Below are positions 7,196 to 16,521 of a stretch of 32,000 bases of DNA, one piece after another. Numbering within the stretch: position 1 is the stretch's first letter; each line of letters opens with the position of its first letter. Origin of the DNA: Copranaerobaculum intestinale (GTDB lineage: Bacteria > Bacillota_I > Bacilli_A > Erysipelotrichales > Erysipelotrichaceae). The stretch is from the NCBI RefSeq assembly GCF_009831105.1, contig NZ_WUUQ01000003.1, positions 155,872 to 187,871 on the forward strand, read 5' to 3'. A model generated the notes under the pieces. The model was not told where the DNA came from. It worked only from the letters and a program-made list of their open reading frames with translations, and ran no database searches. The position numbers and the translations under genes were made by a program.

Positions 7196-9283
7196 ATGAA
7201 AATGAAAAACAGAAGATTACCCGTAATTTATGTGCTGATTATGGCTTTGATGATGATCACGGTACAGTTTCAGACAAATGATGTTAAAGCTTTGAATTCT
7301 TTTCCTATCCGGATGGGGAAAAAGGATTTGCAGCCAGGTGAAAATCATATATTTGGCGGTACAGTAACATATGAACCACAAAACAATTCTGTGATTATCG
7401 AAAATGTGAAAATGGATGATCAAAGTAATGGACTTTATGTTTCTTCAAACATAACCGATGTAAATAATGATGATCCGATCAAGATTTATCTGAAGGGTGA
7501 GAACTACTTCGGTACGGAGGATAAGCCGCTGGGATTTACCAAAAGCGGTATATATGCAAGCCGATCAATTGAAATTATTGCGGATGATGATGCAAAATTG
7601 ATATGTTATATCGGCGGACGAGGGGGAATTGGAATATATGGCGGTCCTGATGTCAATGTTTCCGTTACTGGCGGAACTTACGTTTTTCATGATTTGAGTA
7701 AGAACGATACCGATGTTTTTAATGTCGCATCGGGGTTGATCGATATTGATCATGCTGATATTACGATGGATTCCGTTAATAATAATATGAATGGCGCAGG
7801 TATTTCAATTAATCATTCATCCATTACCGCCTCGTCGACCAGCAATGGAATATATTCAAAGTCCTATGTCCATTTATTAAATTCCACCCTGAATATGAAG
7901 AACAAATATGTGAACTGCTGGGCAGCCGACGGCAATATGATGATTCAAAATACAACATTCACTGGAGAATCGACGGATGATCTGGGGCTTTACAGTCAGG
8001 CAGGCAGCATTCTTATCAGCAATGCATCAAATATTGATCTTACGAGTGGTTTAAACAGCGGTATCCGTGCGGCAGGCAATGTAAGCGTTGATAATAGTGC
8101 GATTAGCATAGAGGCTTTGAAAGGCAATTCCATTTTATCAAAACTCCTAAATGTAGCTGGAGAGAATACAACGATCCAAGCAGCTTCCAAGAAGGCAATG
8201 CAGGCAGATAATATATTTGTTCATTCCTGCAAGCTGTTAAAATCATCGGTTACCGCAGACAGTGCATTAAAAGGAAATGAAATCACGATCAGCGGTGGAA
8301 CGATCGAGGCAATTACTACATCCATCGAAAATAGTGCCGCTAATGCAAGCGCGATATATGCTGAGAAAAATATTGTGTTAGAAGGTATTAATACAAATGT
8401 GAAAGCGCAGGCTAAACAGCAATATGGAATATTCTCTAATGGTGGTACGATATCATTGCTGGCGCGTTCGATTGAAGCGATCGGAGGAAGTAACTATCCG
8501 GCTATCGTCGCAAGGGAATCATCAGCTGATGCAGGAGCTGCTCATAGTAAAAATATCATCATTGGAGAGAATTATACTGTAGGAAACAATCTTGTAGTAT
8601 CAACGATTTGGCAGGCATCTGGTTCGAATTGGTATGCGGACAGCTTTCTGGCACCTGCTGGTACAGCAGCAGAAGTAAATGATTATTCTCAATCTATCAC
8701 GGCGCTTGATGCCGGTATGTTGGCAGACTATGCAGAAATTGACGCAATTATAAAACGCATACCCGCTACTAAGGATTTAAAAATGTATACTGATGAAAGT
8801 GTCACGGCACTGCTCAACAAGAAAGATAGTTTGATCAGAGGAAAACGGATCGATTTCCAGGATGAGCTGGATCAATTTGCAGATGATTTGCAGATCCTCT
8901 TAGATGCGCTGGAATATAAACCCGCAGACTTTTCAAAAATTGATGCAATCTTAAAGAAAGTAGGCGATTTAAGCGGTTATACGAATGAAAGCCGTGCAAA
9001 GTTCCTTGCGCTTATGAACAGGCTTGATCGTTCTATGAATATCACCCAACAGAAACAGGTAGATGAACTGGCAAAAAGTTTAGAAAAAGCATACGCTGAT
9101 TTAATCAAAATCACGGATAATCTGGATCCAAGCGATACGGGAGGATTGCAAAATAACAAACGTCCAGATACATCCGACCACACACAGCGTATCATATGGA
9201 TCATCATGCTTGTAATATCCGCTGCATGTATGCTCGGTATTCAAAAGAAACAGCACGTTATGCGGTACCATGATGAATCCTGA
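7196..9283 (+). CDS. Secreted, membrane-anchored repetitive surface protein: signal peptide, beta-helix-like repeat region, three helical YT-x-x-S repeats and a C-terminal TM anchor
   Basis: N-terminal signal sequence (RRLPVIYVLIMALMMITVQF). Long Ser/Asn/Gly/Ile-rich quasi-repeats (…ITISGGTIEAIT…, …ISINHSSITASS…). Helical repeats (ADYAEIDAIIKRI…YTDESVTALL…; KPADFSKIDAILKKV…YTNESRAKFL…). C-terminal IIWIIMLVISAACMLGI followed by a KKQH tail. GGAAAGGAG SD. ATG at 7202 has better spacing than ATG at 7196. Confidence 0.75.
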   Translation: MKMKNRRLPVIYVLIMALMMITVQFQTNDVKALNSFPIRMGKKDLQPGENHIFGGTVTYEPQNNSVIIENVKMDDQSNGLYVSSNITDVNNDDPIKIYLKGENYFGTEDKPLGFTKSGIYASRSIEIIADDDAKLICYIGGRGGIGIYGGPDVNVSVTGGTYVFHDLSKNDTDVFNVASGLIDIDHADITMDSVNNNMNGAGISINHSSITASSTSNGIYSKSYVHLLNSTLNMKNKYVNCWAADGNMMIQNTTFTGESTDDLGLYSQAGSILISNASNIDLTSGLNSGIRAAGNVSVDNSAISIEALKGNSILSKLLNVAGENTTIQAASKKAMQADNIFVHSCKLLKSSVTADSALKGNEITISGGTIEAITTSIENSAANASAIYAEKNIVLEGINTNVKAQAKQQYGIFSNGGTISLLARSIEAIGGSNYPAIVARESSADAGAAHSKNIIIGENYTVGNNLVVSTIWQASGSNWYADSFLAPAGTAAEVNDYSQSITALDAGMLADYAEIDAIIKRIPATKDLKMYTDESVTALLNKKDSLIRGKRIDFQDELDQFADDLQILLDALEYKPADFSKIDAILKKVGDLSGYTNESRAKFLALMNRLDRSMNITQQKQVDELAKSLEKAYADLIKITDNLDPSDTGGLQNNKRPDTSDHTQRIIWIIMLVISAACMLGIQKKQHVMRYHDES

Positions 9284-9486
9284 TATAGGTAAATGTTACA
9301 GTATGCTTTTTAAATGTTTATCTGAACGGTAAAACAGAAGTCATGGTGAAAGATTACTTATATTGATCAATTAAGAATCGAAAAATAAGCCTAGTCTGCA
9401 CCAAACGGATTCTTTAGCATTTCTCTTAGCAGATTTTGATCTGACAAACAAAACTTAAAAACGCAGTATTTCTGTGAATATAATGA

Positions 9487-9526
9487 AAGGCAATGTATAT
9501 GTGATTTCTCTTACATTGCCTTTTTT
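9487..9526 (+). terminator. Rho-independent terminator about 200 nt downstream of the surface-protein gene
   Basis: GGCAATGTA, a 14-nt loop, TACATTGCC, then TTTTTT. Confidence 0.7.
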
Positions 9527-9857
9527 ATAATCCAGGTTTAAAAATACTGAAATCGGATTATTTGATCCATTTTTGACGATAGAACGATCAAAGCGAATTT
9601 TGTATTATGAATTTCTGTACATTGAGATTTAAAACTCTTATAATTTATTTATGAAAAAATGTGTTTAGATGCTTCTGTATCATGCATTATGGGATGATCA
9701 GTGTGTAAACAATTTAGAAATCACTTCTGAATCAAAGCATACCTTTGGGTTTGATAAAAATTTAAAAGAAATGAAAAAAGCAGTAAGTAGCTTGGAAACT
9801 CTTATACAATGTATTGCATGTGATTATAACAAGGAGGTTACGGACATATATGAACGA

Positions 9858-10286
9858 ATGCTAAACAAACAGCAGATACCAGATGAAGCTGAAATTAAAG
9901 TATATGTAGGCAAAGCTGCGTTCACAAGAATGACAGCGTTGGAAAATATCCTTTCCTCAGAGTATGACTTGAAAAAGGAGCTTCGGTTTCCTTTTGGGAA
10001 TCATTATGGCTGGGGAATGAAATATAGTCATAAAACAATGCATCTTTGTTATGCTTTTTTTGAAAAGGATGCATTTACGGTGATGGTTCAGGTAGGAGAC
10101 AGACAAGTATCCGCACTTATAGGGGAAAGAATGTCAAAACAAGCGAAACGGCTGTGGAATGAGAGGTACCCCTGTGGAGATAACGGCGGCTGGGTAAATG
10201 TTCGAATTTTGAGTGACCTTGATCTTAAGGATGCGCTTCTATTTATCCATGCTAAGAAAAAGCCTACATCAATATCTATTAATTAA
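9858..10286 (+). CDS. DUF3788-family protein
   Basis: The region from MLNKQQIPDEAEIKVYVGKAAF…FPFGNHYGWGMKYSHKTMHLCYAFFEKDAFTVMVQVG resembles DUF3788 proteins of about 140-150 aa. AAGGAGG lies at 9831-9837. The ORF stays open back to 9669, but that ATG has no SD, so the start is uncertain. Confidence 0.6.
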   Translation: MLNKQQIPDEAEIKVYVGKAAFTRMTALENILSSEYDLKKELRFPFGNHYGWGMKYSHKTMHLCYAFFEKDAFTVMVQVGDRQVSALIGERMSKQAKRLWNERYPCGDNGGWVNVRILSDLDLKDALLFIHAKKKPTSISIN

Positions 10287-10454
10287 GATCGGCTGATCGT
10301 ACCAGCATAAATCGGGAAGAAGCAGAAGATTGTATGCATGCTCATAAAAACATAGAATTTCAATCGCTTCAGATAAACGTGAATCCTTTTAAAATTTCTA
10401 AATGCATTGTTTTTATATTAAGCGTTCCTTATCGCAATAAAAATGAACAGGTAT

Positions 10455-10489
10455 ATAAAAAGTCACCATCTTTGCGATGATGACTTTTT
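10455..10489 (-). terminator. Terminator of the DUF885 lipoprotein gene (bidirectional shape)
   Basis: GTCACCATC-tttgc-GATGATGAC (one mismatch), flanked by an A-run and a T-run, immediately after the minus-strand stop. Confidence 0.6.
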
Positions 10490-10493
10490 CATT

Positions 10494-12254
10494 TTATAAT
10501 TTCATATAATCTCTCAATAGATTCATTGGCAGCGGTCCTAAATCCAGAACGGCTTTATGGAAGCGATAATCACTGTATTTACTGCCCCACTTATCTTTTG
10601 CATCCTCTTTCAGATCGAGGAACTGATAAAGCCCGACATAATAATTGGTGAAAACAGCCGGACTTTCCAACAGCTGTTCATACATTGCTTTCAGATCATC
10701 CTCATTTGTGATGCCGAAGTTTTCTTTCAGATAGGCATAAGCTTTTTCACGACTGTATCCATCGTAATGAATTTTTTTATCAAGCTCCAGCACATAGAGA
10801 TATGTCAGCTGATCATTGATGCTGTTAAGCTCACAAACGCCTGGTTCTTTTGTGTATTTGCATGACTCGCCCTGAATGTAGGTTGCCCAGCCTTCCGTAT
10901 AGGTGCTGTCGGAAAGCAGATCGCGCAGTACATTGTGCTTTACCGTTTTAAAATAATTATGCTGATACATATGACCTGGAAAGCTCTCATGTGCTACGGA
11001 TGTGAAATCATTCTGAGAGAAGCTTCCATTCAAGATCATGTTTTCATCTTTGCCGGAGTTGTCATCAAAGGCACTGACATAATAGGCAGCAGCCGCGGTT
11101 GTCGTCTCCTTCATGGATTCCGGTATGATATTCATTTGGTAATCCAGCTTTTTGATTTTTGGGAAATCCTTGCCATCCGATATTTGCTGTTCCAGATAAT
11201 GGATCACTTCGGTTGAATCAGTCAAATCGGTATATTTGGCATTGCTGATTGCTTCATAAATTTTACTGGAATCACTCATCAAGCTCACCAGTTCCGGATA
11301 TTCATTCACTACATCCATTAAACGATTTTGAATACGGCTGGTTTCATCATCCAAATATTTTGTATATTTTTTCATAGAATCCACACCTGCGGAATTGGTG
11401 ACGATGCTTTCATAGTATTTCTTGCCGCCCTTGTAGCTGGCCAGTTCACCGTCGCCCTTTTTCAAAATCTTTATATTGGACAGATCTGTTTCTGTCTGTT
11501 TAAATGCCGGTAATAATTTGTTATTAAAAGCATTGGTAATGGTATCTTTATAAAATTGTTTTTTATCTGCGGGAATGTAGTCCGCATTGTCTATTTTTTC
11601 ATATGTCGCATTCAGAATATAGCTCTGATCCGAATTGTTAATCGCATGAACGCTCTTTATAACATTATCCATATAAGTTTTTGACATGCCGTATCCTTTT
11701 TTCTGGCGGGTCACTTCAAATGCCGCATATTTTTTAAACAGCTTCGGCGCCTGATTCAATACGGCAATAAAAGAATCTAACGATTTCTGATTTTTGAATT
11801 CATAGTTCCATAGTGCAAACGGCAGACTGGATTGTATACCGCTTGATACATCGAAATAGTTGGTCGTTAGATAATAACGATCTTCTACTGTGAGCTTATC
11901 ATTTTCATCATCCTTTAATGCAGCTTTTAAAACATCATAAGTGATTTTCTGATCCTTTGTCAGAGCGTCATAATCATAATCATCGAGCGCTTTATCAATT
12001 TTTTTATATTCCTTATCCTGCTTTTTAAAATCATCGAGTGTCATGAACTGTAAGGTGTAGAGATCTTTTTTGATACCATATTTTTCCGGATGATCAAAAA
12101 AGAAGTTGGTGTCAAAACCGGTTGATTCCATAAATACGGCTGGCAATGTTTTGGCATATTCAGCAAATTCATCGGATCCTTTTTTGGATGATCCGCAGCC
12201 AAATAGCGGCAGACAGATTGCAGCACAAAGCAATAGCTTTACTAATTTCTTCAT
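10494..12254 (-). CDS. DUF885-family lipoprotein (putative metallopeptidase-like)
   Basis: Lipobox signal peptide (LLLCAAICLPLFGC-GSS). Conserved HESFPGHMYQ and TEGWATY motifs typical of DUF885. AGGAGGGG SD. Confidence 0.85.
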   Translation of the reverse strand: MKKLVKLLLCAAICLPLFGCGSSKKGSDEFAEYAKTLPAVFMESTGFDTNFFFDHPEKYGIKKDLYTLQFMTLDDFKKQDKEYKKIDKALDDYDYDALTKDQKITYDVLKAALKDDENDKLTVEDRYYLTTNYFDVSSGIQSSLPFALWNYEFKNQKSLDSFIAVLNQAPKLFKKYAAFEVTRQKKGYGMSKTYMDNVIKSVHAINNSDQSYILNATYEKIDNADYIPADKKQFYKDTITNAFNNKLLPAFKQTETDLSNIKILKKGDGELASYKGGKKYYESIVTNSAGVDSMKKYTKYLDDETSRIQNRLMDVVNEYPELVSLMSDSSKIYEAISNAKYTDLTDSTEVIHYLEQQISDGKDFPKIKKLDYQMNIIPESMKETTTAAAAYYVSAFDDNSGKDENMILNGSFSQNDFTSVAHESFPGHMYQHNYFKTVKHNVLRDLLSDSTYTEGWATYIQGESCKYTKEPGVCELNSINDQLTYLYVLELDKKIHYDGYSREKAYAYLKENFGITNEDDLKAMYEQLLESPAVFTNYYVGLYQFLDLKEDAKDKWGSKYSDYRFHKAVLDLGPLPMNLLRDYMKL

Positions 12255-12439
12255 AGCCCCTCCTGTTGTCTTGGTTACTGTTATTATAGCATTTCTTTGG
12301 TAAAGTATGTAATGAAACCGGGAAACCCGGAATACTGAATAAATTTCTATTTTCTGATTTGTATAAAAATGGAAGGATGGTTCATAATTCTGGCAGGGTA
12401 AATGAAAATATGATAGGATGTTAAAAACAGGAGAGTAAT

Positions 12440-13000
12440 ATGGAAAAAGTACTATTGTATTGCGGAGCTGAGCTTGATGAAAAACGTGCAGCTTCGATTC
12501 TTCAAAGTTTAGGAATGAATTTGATGATTATCAAAGAATCTGATTTGGGACAGACGCTGGGTTATCTGGCGGGGCGCGATGGTTTTGAGAAAACGGAAGC
12601 CGCTGTTTCAAAATCATTTACAGAATCCTTTATGATACTGGATCAGGTTGAGGATGAGCGAATTTTAGCAATTTCAAAAGCCTTCGAAGCAGCAGGCATG
12701 CCATATCGCGGCATCAAGGCGATGATTACAGAGCATAATCAGCATTGGAAAATGGCTGATCTGTTTCAGGAGGTTTCACTTGAGCATGCCTATTTCGATG
12801 AGTTGAGTAATTTACAGCAGCTGCTTCAGGAAGTGAACGCATATGCTTCAAAAGATTATACAGAGAATAGTTGGATGAGGTTTCAGGCAGCTATGCTGGA
12901 AGCATATATGGTATATCAGTCACGTCCTGAGCAGATACGTGAGCTGACAAAAGCCAAAGCGCAGCTGCTTGGTGCAATCGAACAGCTGGAAACCATATGA
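12440..13000 (+). CDS. DUF3783-family protein with a C-terminal helical extension
   Basis: The N-terminal ~115 aa (…LMIIKESDLGQTLGYL…ESFMILDQVEDERI…YRGIKAMITEHNQHW) resemble DUF3783. No signal peptide. GGAGAG SD. Confidence 0.7.
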   Translation: MEKVLLYCGAELDEKRAASILQSLGMNLMIIKESDLGQTLGYLAGRDGFEKTEAAVSKSFTESFMILDQVEDERILAISKAFEAAGMPYRGIKAMITEHNQHWKMADLFQEVSLEHAYFDELSNLQQLLQEVNAYASKDYTENSWMRFQAAMLEAYMVYQSRPEQIRELTKAKAQLLGAIEQLETI

Positions 13001-13005
13001 GATCA

Positions 13006-13032
13006 AAAAGGGAAGTAATGCTTCCTTTTTTT
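13006..13032 (+). terminator. Rho-independent terminator
   Basis: GGGAAG-taatg-CTTCC(T) followed by a T-run. Confidence 0.65.
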
Positions 13033-13085
13033 GTGATCGCTGGGATACGGAAGCAGCATGCATACACACTATATCTGGAGGTGTG

Positions 13086-14660
13086 ATGATGCGAAAATGG
13101 ATGATGCTGATTTTGTTGGTGAATTGTTTGCTGCTGGAGGGCTTGGCGCCGATAAAGGCTGCGGATGTACGAGAAATCATAATTTTTCATACCAATGATC
13201 AGCATGGTTATATGCAGGATGATTCATCACGGCAAATCGGTATTGCCAGGATTGCCGGCTGGAAGGATCGCTATCCCGGCAGTTTGCTGGTGGACAGCGG
13301 TGATGCATTTTACGGCAGTGCGCTGGCGAATACAACTCGTGGGGCAGCGGTTGTGGAATTGATGAACGCTGCCGGGTATGATGCAATGGTTCCCGGCAAC
13401 CACGACTTTACCTATGGGCAACAACGATTGAAAGAGCTGTCAACTGCCGCGGCTTTTCCGATTTTGACATCTAATGTATATGAAGGCTCTGCTCCGTTTC
13501 TAAAGGATACGTTCATGAAAGAAGTGCAGGGCGTGAAAATCGGCTTCTTTGGATTGGTAAGTGAGGAGACACTTACACTGGAGGGGCCGGAAAAGCTGGC
13601 CAATTTGACACTGAAGCGCCCCTTGGATGATGCTTCAAGATGTGTCGAGCTTTTGAAACAGCAGGGTGCTGATATCATTATCGGTCTGAGTCATTTAGGT
13701 ATGGATGAAAAGGATAAGGTGGATATGGCGGCGGATATTGCCAAAGCATTGCCGGATATTGATGTCTTAATTGATGCTCATTCACATCATGTACTGCATA
13801 AGGGAGAGATGGTCAACCGTACACTGATCGTGCAGGCCGGTAAGCATGAGCATTATCTGGGGATGCTTACGATACGGGTAGATGCGGAAGGGCAGATCAT
13901 CGATATGAATGATCATCTGATCAATTATCAAGAAGCTAAAAAAATACCGGAGAAAGCATCGGTAAAGGCTTTGTTGGAAACCTCGGTTGCTCATCAAAGC
14001 AGTGTAATCTCGCAAACCATCGCTTATACGTCAAAGCCGATGAACCTGGAGCCAAGGACCTTCAGCAGTCTTGGAACGATGGCGGCGGAGAGTTTTCGTC
14101 AGGTCAGTGAGACTGATATTGCATTTTATCAGGATGATCGCCGCTACCTCTTACCAGTTGGAAGGATCAATCAAAAGATCATTGAGGAATTGTTTCCGCT
14201 CGATCAGGTCATGGTGCGAACAGAAATTTCCGGGAAAGAACTAAAGCAATTTTTGGAAAGCGGCATGTACTATCAAAGCGGAAAAGTAGAGACATCCTTT
14301 CAGATGTCGAAAATGAAATTGACATATCACTCTGCTTTTAAAAAGCTGTCGATAACAAAGGCAGAGCTTTTGTCCGGAGCCGTCGATCTTACATCCGATA
14401 CACGCAGCCTGTCTGTATTGATCGCTCAGCCGTTGATGAAACGATCACCTTTCAAAAATCATACATTTGAAGTCATTGGATCACAACAGGAGCTGTTTTA
14501 TGAATATTTGGAGCAGTATCCGATGCTTAATGAAACGGCACGTGTAAAGCTTGCCGAAGATAAAGGACATGCTCTGCCACGGCTGCTCATTATTGCATCC
14601 GTATTCCTATTGTCGATCTTAAACGTCTATGTTTTTTATCGCCGTAAACATATTCCTTGA
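13086..14660 (+). CDS. Bifunctional metallophosphatase/5'-nucleotidase (UshA-like), secreted and anchored by a C-terminal TM helix
   Basis: GGAGG SD then ATGATG. Signal peptide MMRKWMMLILLVNCLLL. Metallophosphoesterase motifs HTNDQHG, DSGDAF, GNHDF and SHLG. C-terminal 5'-nucleotidase domain. Terminal LLIIASVFLLSILNVYVFY-RRKH. The upstream 39 codons of the ORF overlap the previous gene and terminator and are rejected. Confidence 0.85.
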   Translation: MMRKWMMLILLVNCLLLEGLAPIKAADVREIIIFHTNDQHGYMQDDSSRQIGIARIAGWKDRYPGSLLVDSGDAFYGSALANTTRGAAVVELMNAAGYDAMVPGNHDFTYGQQRLKELSTAAAFPILTSNVYEGSAPFLKDTFMKEVQGVKIGFFGLVSEETLTLEGPEKLANLTLKRPLDDASRCVELLKQQGADIIIGLSHLGMDEKDKVDMAADIAKALPDIDVLIDAHSHHVLHKGEMVNRTLIVQAGKHEHYLGMLTIRVDAEGQIIDMNDHLINYQEAKKIPEKASVKALLETSVAHQSSVISQTIAYTSKPMNLEPRTFSSLGTMAAESFRQVSETDIAFYQDDRRYLLPVGRINQKIIEELFPLDQVMVRTEISGKELKQFLESGMYYQSGKVETSFQMSKMKLTYHSAFKKLSITKAELLSGAVDLTSDTRSLSVLIAQPLMKRSPFKNHTFEVIGSQQELFYEYLEQYPMLNETARVKLAEDKGHALPRLLIIASVFLLSILNVYVFYRRKHIP

Positions 14661-14697
14661 TCGCCTGAGCGTATACTGGCTTTGGAGGGGTATATTT

Positions 14698-15042
14698 ATG
14701 GAAATTCAAAAAAAACTGCGCAGTGCTGCTCATTTTACCGTGTCTAAAGCGAGCGATGCGCTGGAGGCTCAGCGGCTGCGTTTTTATGTCCGCGATATGC
14801 AGAAGAAGAAACAGCAGGAGTATGAAAAACTTGGAAGGTACATCGAGGATCATTTGCAATTATTGATTGAACCGGATGAATATGTAAAAAGCTGCCTTCG
14901 GCAGTTGGAGGAATATGAATATCAACTTCACCATATCGATGGTCCCAGTGCTACAGAAAAGATTACCGTATGTCCGATCTGCCAAAGTCCGGTGGGTGAA
15001 CCGGCAAATTTTTGTGGAAACTGCGGCAGCCGCTTATCATAG
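14698..15042 (+). CDS. Zinc-ribbon domain protein with a coiled-coil N-terminal part (114 aa)
   Basis: GGAGGGG SD 7 nt upstream of the ATG. C-terminal CPICQ…FCGNCG zinc-ribbon motif. Confidence 0.65.
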   Translation: MEIQKKLRSAAHFTVSKASDALEAQRLRFYVRDMQKKKQQEYEKLGRYIEDHLQLLIEPDEYVKSCLRQLEEYEYQLHHIDGPSATEKITVCPICQSPVGEPANFCGNCGSRLS

Positions 15043-15102
15043 CAGTTGCGGGAACATGGGATAACCGATATAATGATAGACATGAATGAAAGGATGGTTG
15101 TA

Positions 15103-16482
15103 ATGGAAAGAAAAAATGCATGGACGACGTACAGCGAAGCGCAGTTGGAGGCAGTAACGGCGTTCAATGAAGACTACAAAGAATTTATATCGGTATGTAA
15201 AACTGAACGGGAATGTGTTGCGGAAACTATTCGTTTAGCTGAACAGCATGGATACCGTAATCTGGATGATGTCATCGCGAATCAGGAGACCCTGAAGCCG
15301 GGAGATAAAGTGTATGCGAATAATATGGATAAGACCATCGCTTTATATATCATTGGAGAGAAGCCATTAGAAGCGGGCATGAAAATTTTAGGTGCTCATG
15401 TAGATTCACCGCGTTTGGATATTAAACAGAATCCATTGTATGAGGATCATGATCTGGCACTTCTGGATACGCATTATTACGGCGGTATCAAAAAATACCA
15501 GTGGGTTACTCTGCCACTCGCCCTGCACGGTGTTGTTTCCCGTAAAGACGGTTCAAAAGTAGACGTGGTAATCGGGGAAGATGACAGCGATCCGGTGGTT
15601 GGTGTTTCTGACCTGCTGGTTCATCTGGCAGCTGATCAGATGCAGAAAACCGGTGCGAAAGTGGTTGAGGGTGAAGATTTAAATTTGTTGATTGGCTCCA
15701 TGCCTTTAAAGGGCAAGGAAAAAGATGCGGTAAAAGAAAATATTTTAAAATTGCTGAAAGCAAAATATCAGATCGAAGAAGAGGATTTCCTATCCGCAGA
15801 GCTGGAAGTTGTGCCGGCTGGCAAAGCCCGTGACTATGGCATTGACCGCAGTATGGTGATGGGATACGGCCATGATGATCGTGTATGTGCTTATACCTCA
15901 CTAAGAGCGATGTTTGAAATTGAAAAAACAGATAAAACTTGTGTATGCCTGCTGGTGGACAAGGAAGAAGTCGGAAGTATTGGTGCGACCGGCATGCAGT
16001 CGCGTTTCTTTGAAAATTCCATAGCGGAAGTGATGGATCGCATGGGTGAATACAGCGAACTGAAGCTGCGCCGGGCCTTGAAAAATTCTAAAATGTTATC
16101 CAGCGATGTCAGTGCTGCCTATGATCCGAACTACAGTTCGGTGATGGAAACAAAAAACAGTGCTTATTTTGGACGAGGCATCGTATTCAATAAATATACC
16201 GGTTCTCGCGGCAAAGGCGGATGCAATGATGCCAATGCCGAATATATTGCCGAACTACGCGCGATGATGGATGAAGAAGGAGTTTGTTTTCAAACGGCTG
16301 AGCTTGGTAAGGTTGACCAGGGCGGCGGCGGAACGATTGCCTATATTCTTGCGCAATACAATATGCAGGTTATTGACTGCGGCGTTGCGGTACAGAATAT
16401 GCACGCGCCTTGGGAAGTTGTTTCCAAAGCGGATGTTTATGAAACTAAAAACGGATATGTTGCTTTCTTAAAGCACGCATAA
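15103..16482 (+). CDS. M18-family aminopeptidase (aminopeptidase 1 / aspartyl aminopeptidase-like)
   Basis: Motifs …GAHVDSPRLD…, HYYGGIKKYQW, GYGHDDRVC and LLVDKEEVGS are characteristic of peptidase M18. The start is chosen at MERKNAW, after AAAGGA. Confidence 0.85.
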   Translation: MERKNAWTTYSEAQLEAVTAFNEDYKEFISVCKTERECVAETIRLAEQHGYRNLDDVIANQETLKPGDKVYANNMDKTIALYIIGEKPLEAGMKILGAHVDSPRLDIKQNPLYEDHDLALLDTHYYGGIKKYQWVTLPLALHGVVSRKDGSKVDVVIGEDDSDPVVGVSDLLVHLAADQMQKTGAKVVEGEDLNLLIGSMPLKGKEKDAVKENILKLLKAKYQIEEEDFLSAELEVVPAGKARDYGIDRSMVMGYGHDDRVCAYTSLRAMFEIEKTDKTCVCLLVDKEEVGSIGATGMQSRFFENSIAEVMDRMGEYSELKLRRALKNSKMLSSDVSAAYDPNYSSVMETKNSAYFGRGIVFNKYTGSRGKGGCNDANAEYIAELRAMMDEEGVCFQTAELGKVDQGGGGTIAYILAQYNMQVIDCGVAVQNMHAPWEVVSKADVYETKNGYVAFLKHA

Positions 16483-16489
16483 TAAAAGA

Positions 16490-16518
16490 CCGCTCAGATT
16501 GATCCTGAGCGGTTTTTT
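16490..16518. terminator. Bidirectional terminator shared by the aminopeptidase and the convergent ECF S-component gene
   Basis: CCGCTCAG-attgatc-CTGAGCGG followed by TTTTTT, with an A-rich 5' flank. Confidence 0.75.
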
Positions 16519-16521
16519 CTA

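Noticed and set aside
7217-9207. Short minus-strand ORFs inside the surface-protein gene
   Set aside because: They are antisense, 62-76 aa, with no SD or motifs.
9669-9857. N-terminal 63 codons of the 9669-10286 ORF
   Set aside because: There is no SD before ATG 9669. The DUF3788-like similarity begins at M64, and a strong AAGGAGG lies at 9831-9837. The spacing to ATG 9858 is long (20 nt), so the start remains uncertain rather than settled.
12969-13085. 5' extension of the 5'-nucleotidase ORF overlapping the DUF3783 gene and its terminator
   Set aside because: The signal peptide and GGAGG SD define the start at 13086. The extension crosses a terminator hairpin. The same logic removes the 5' extensions 14629-14697, 15046-15102 and 19456-19515.
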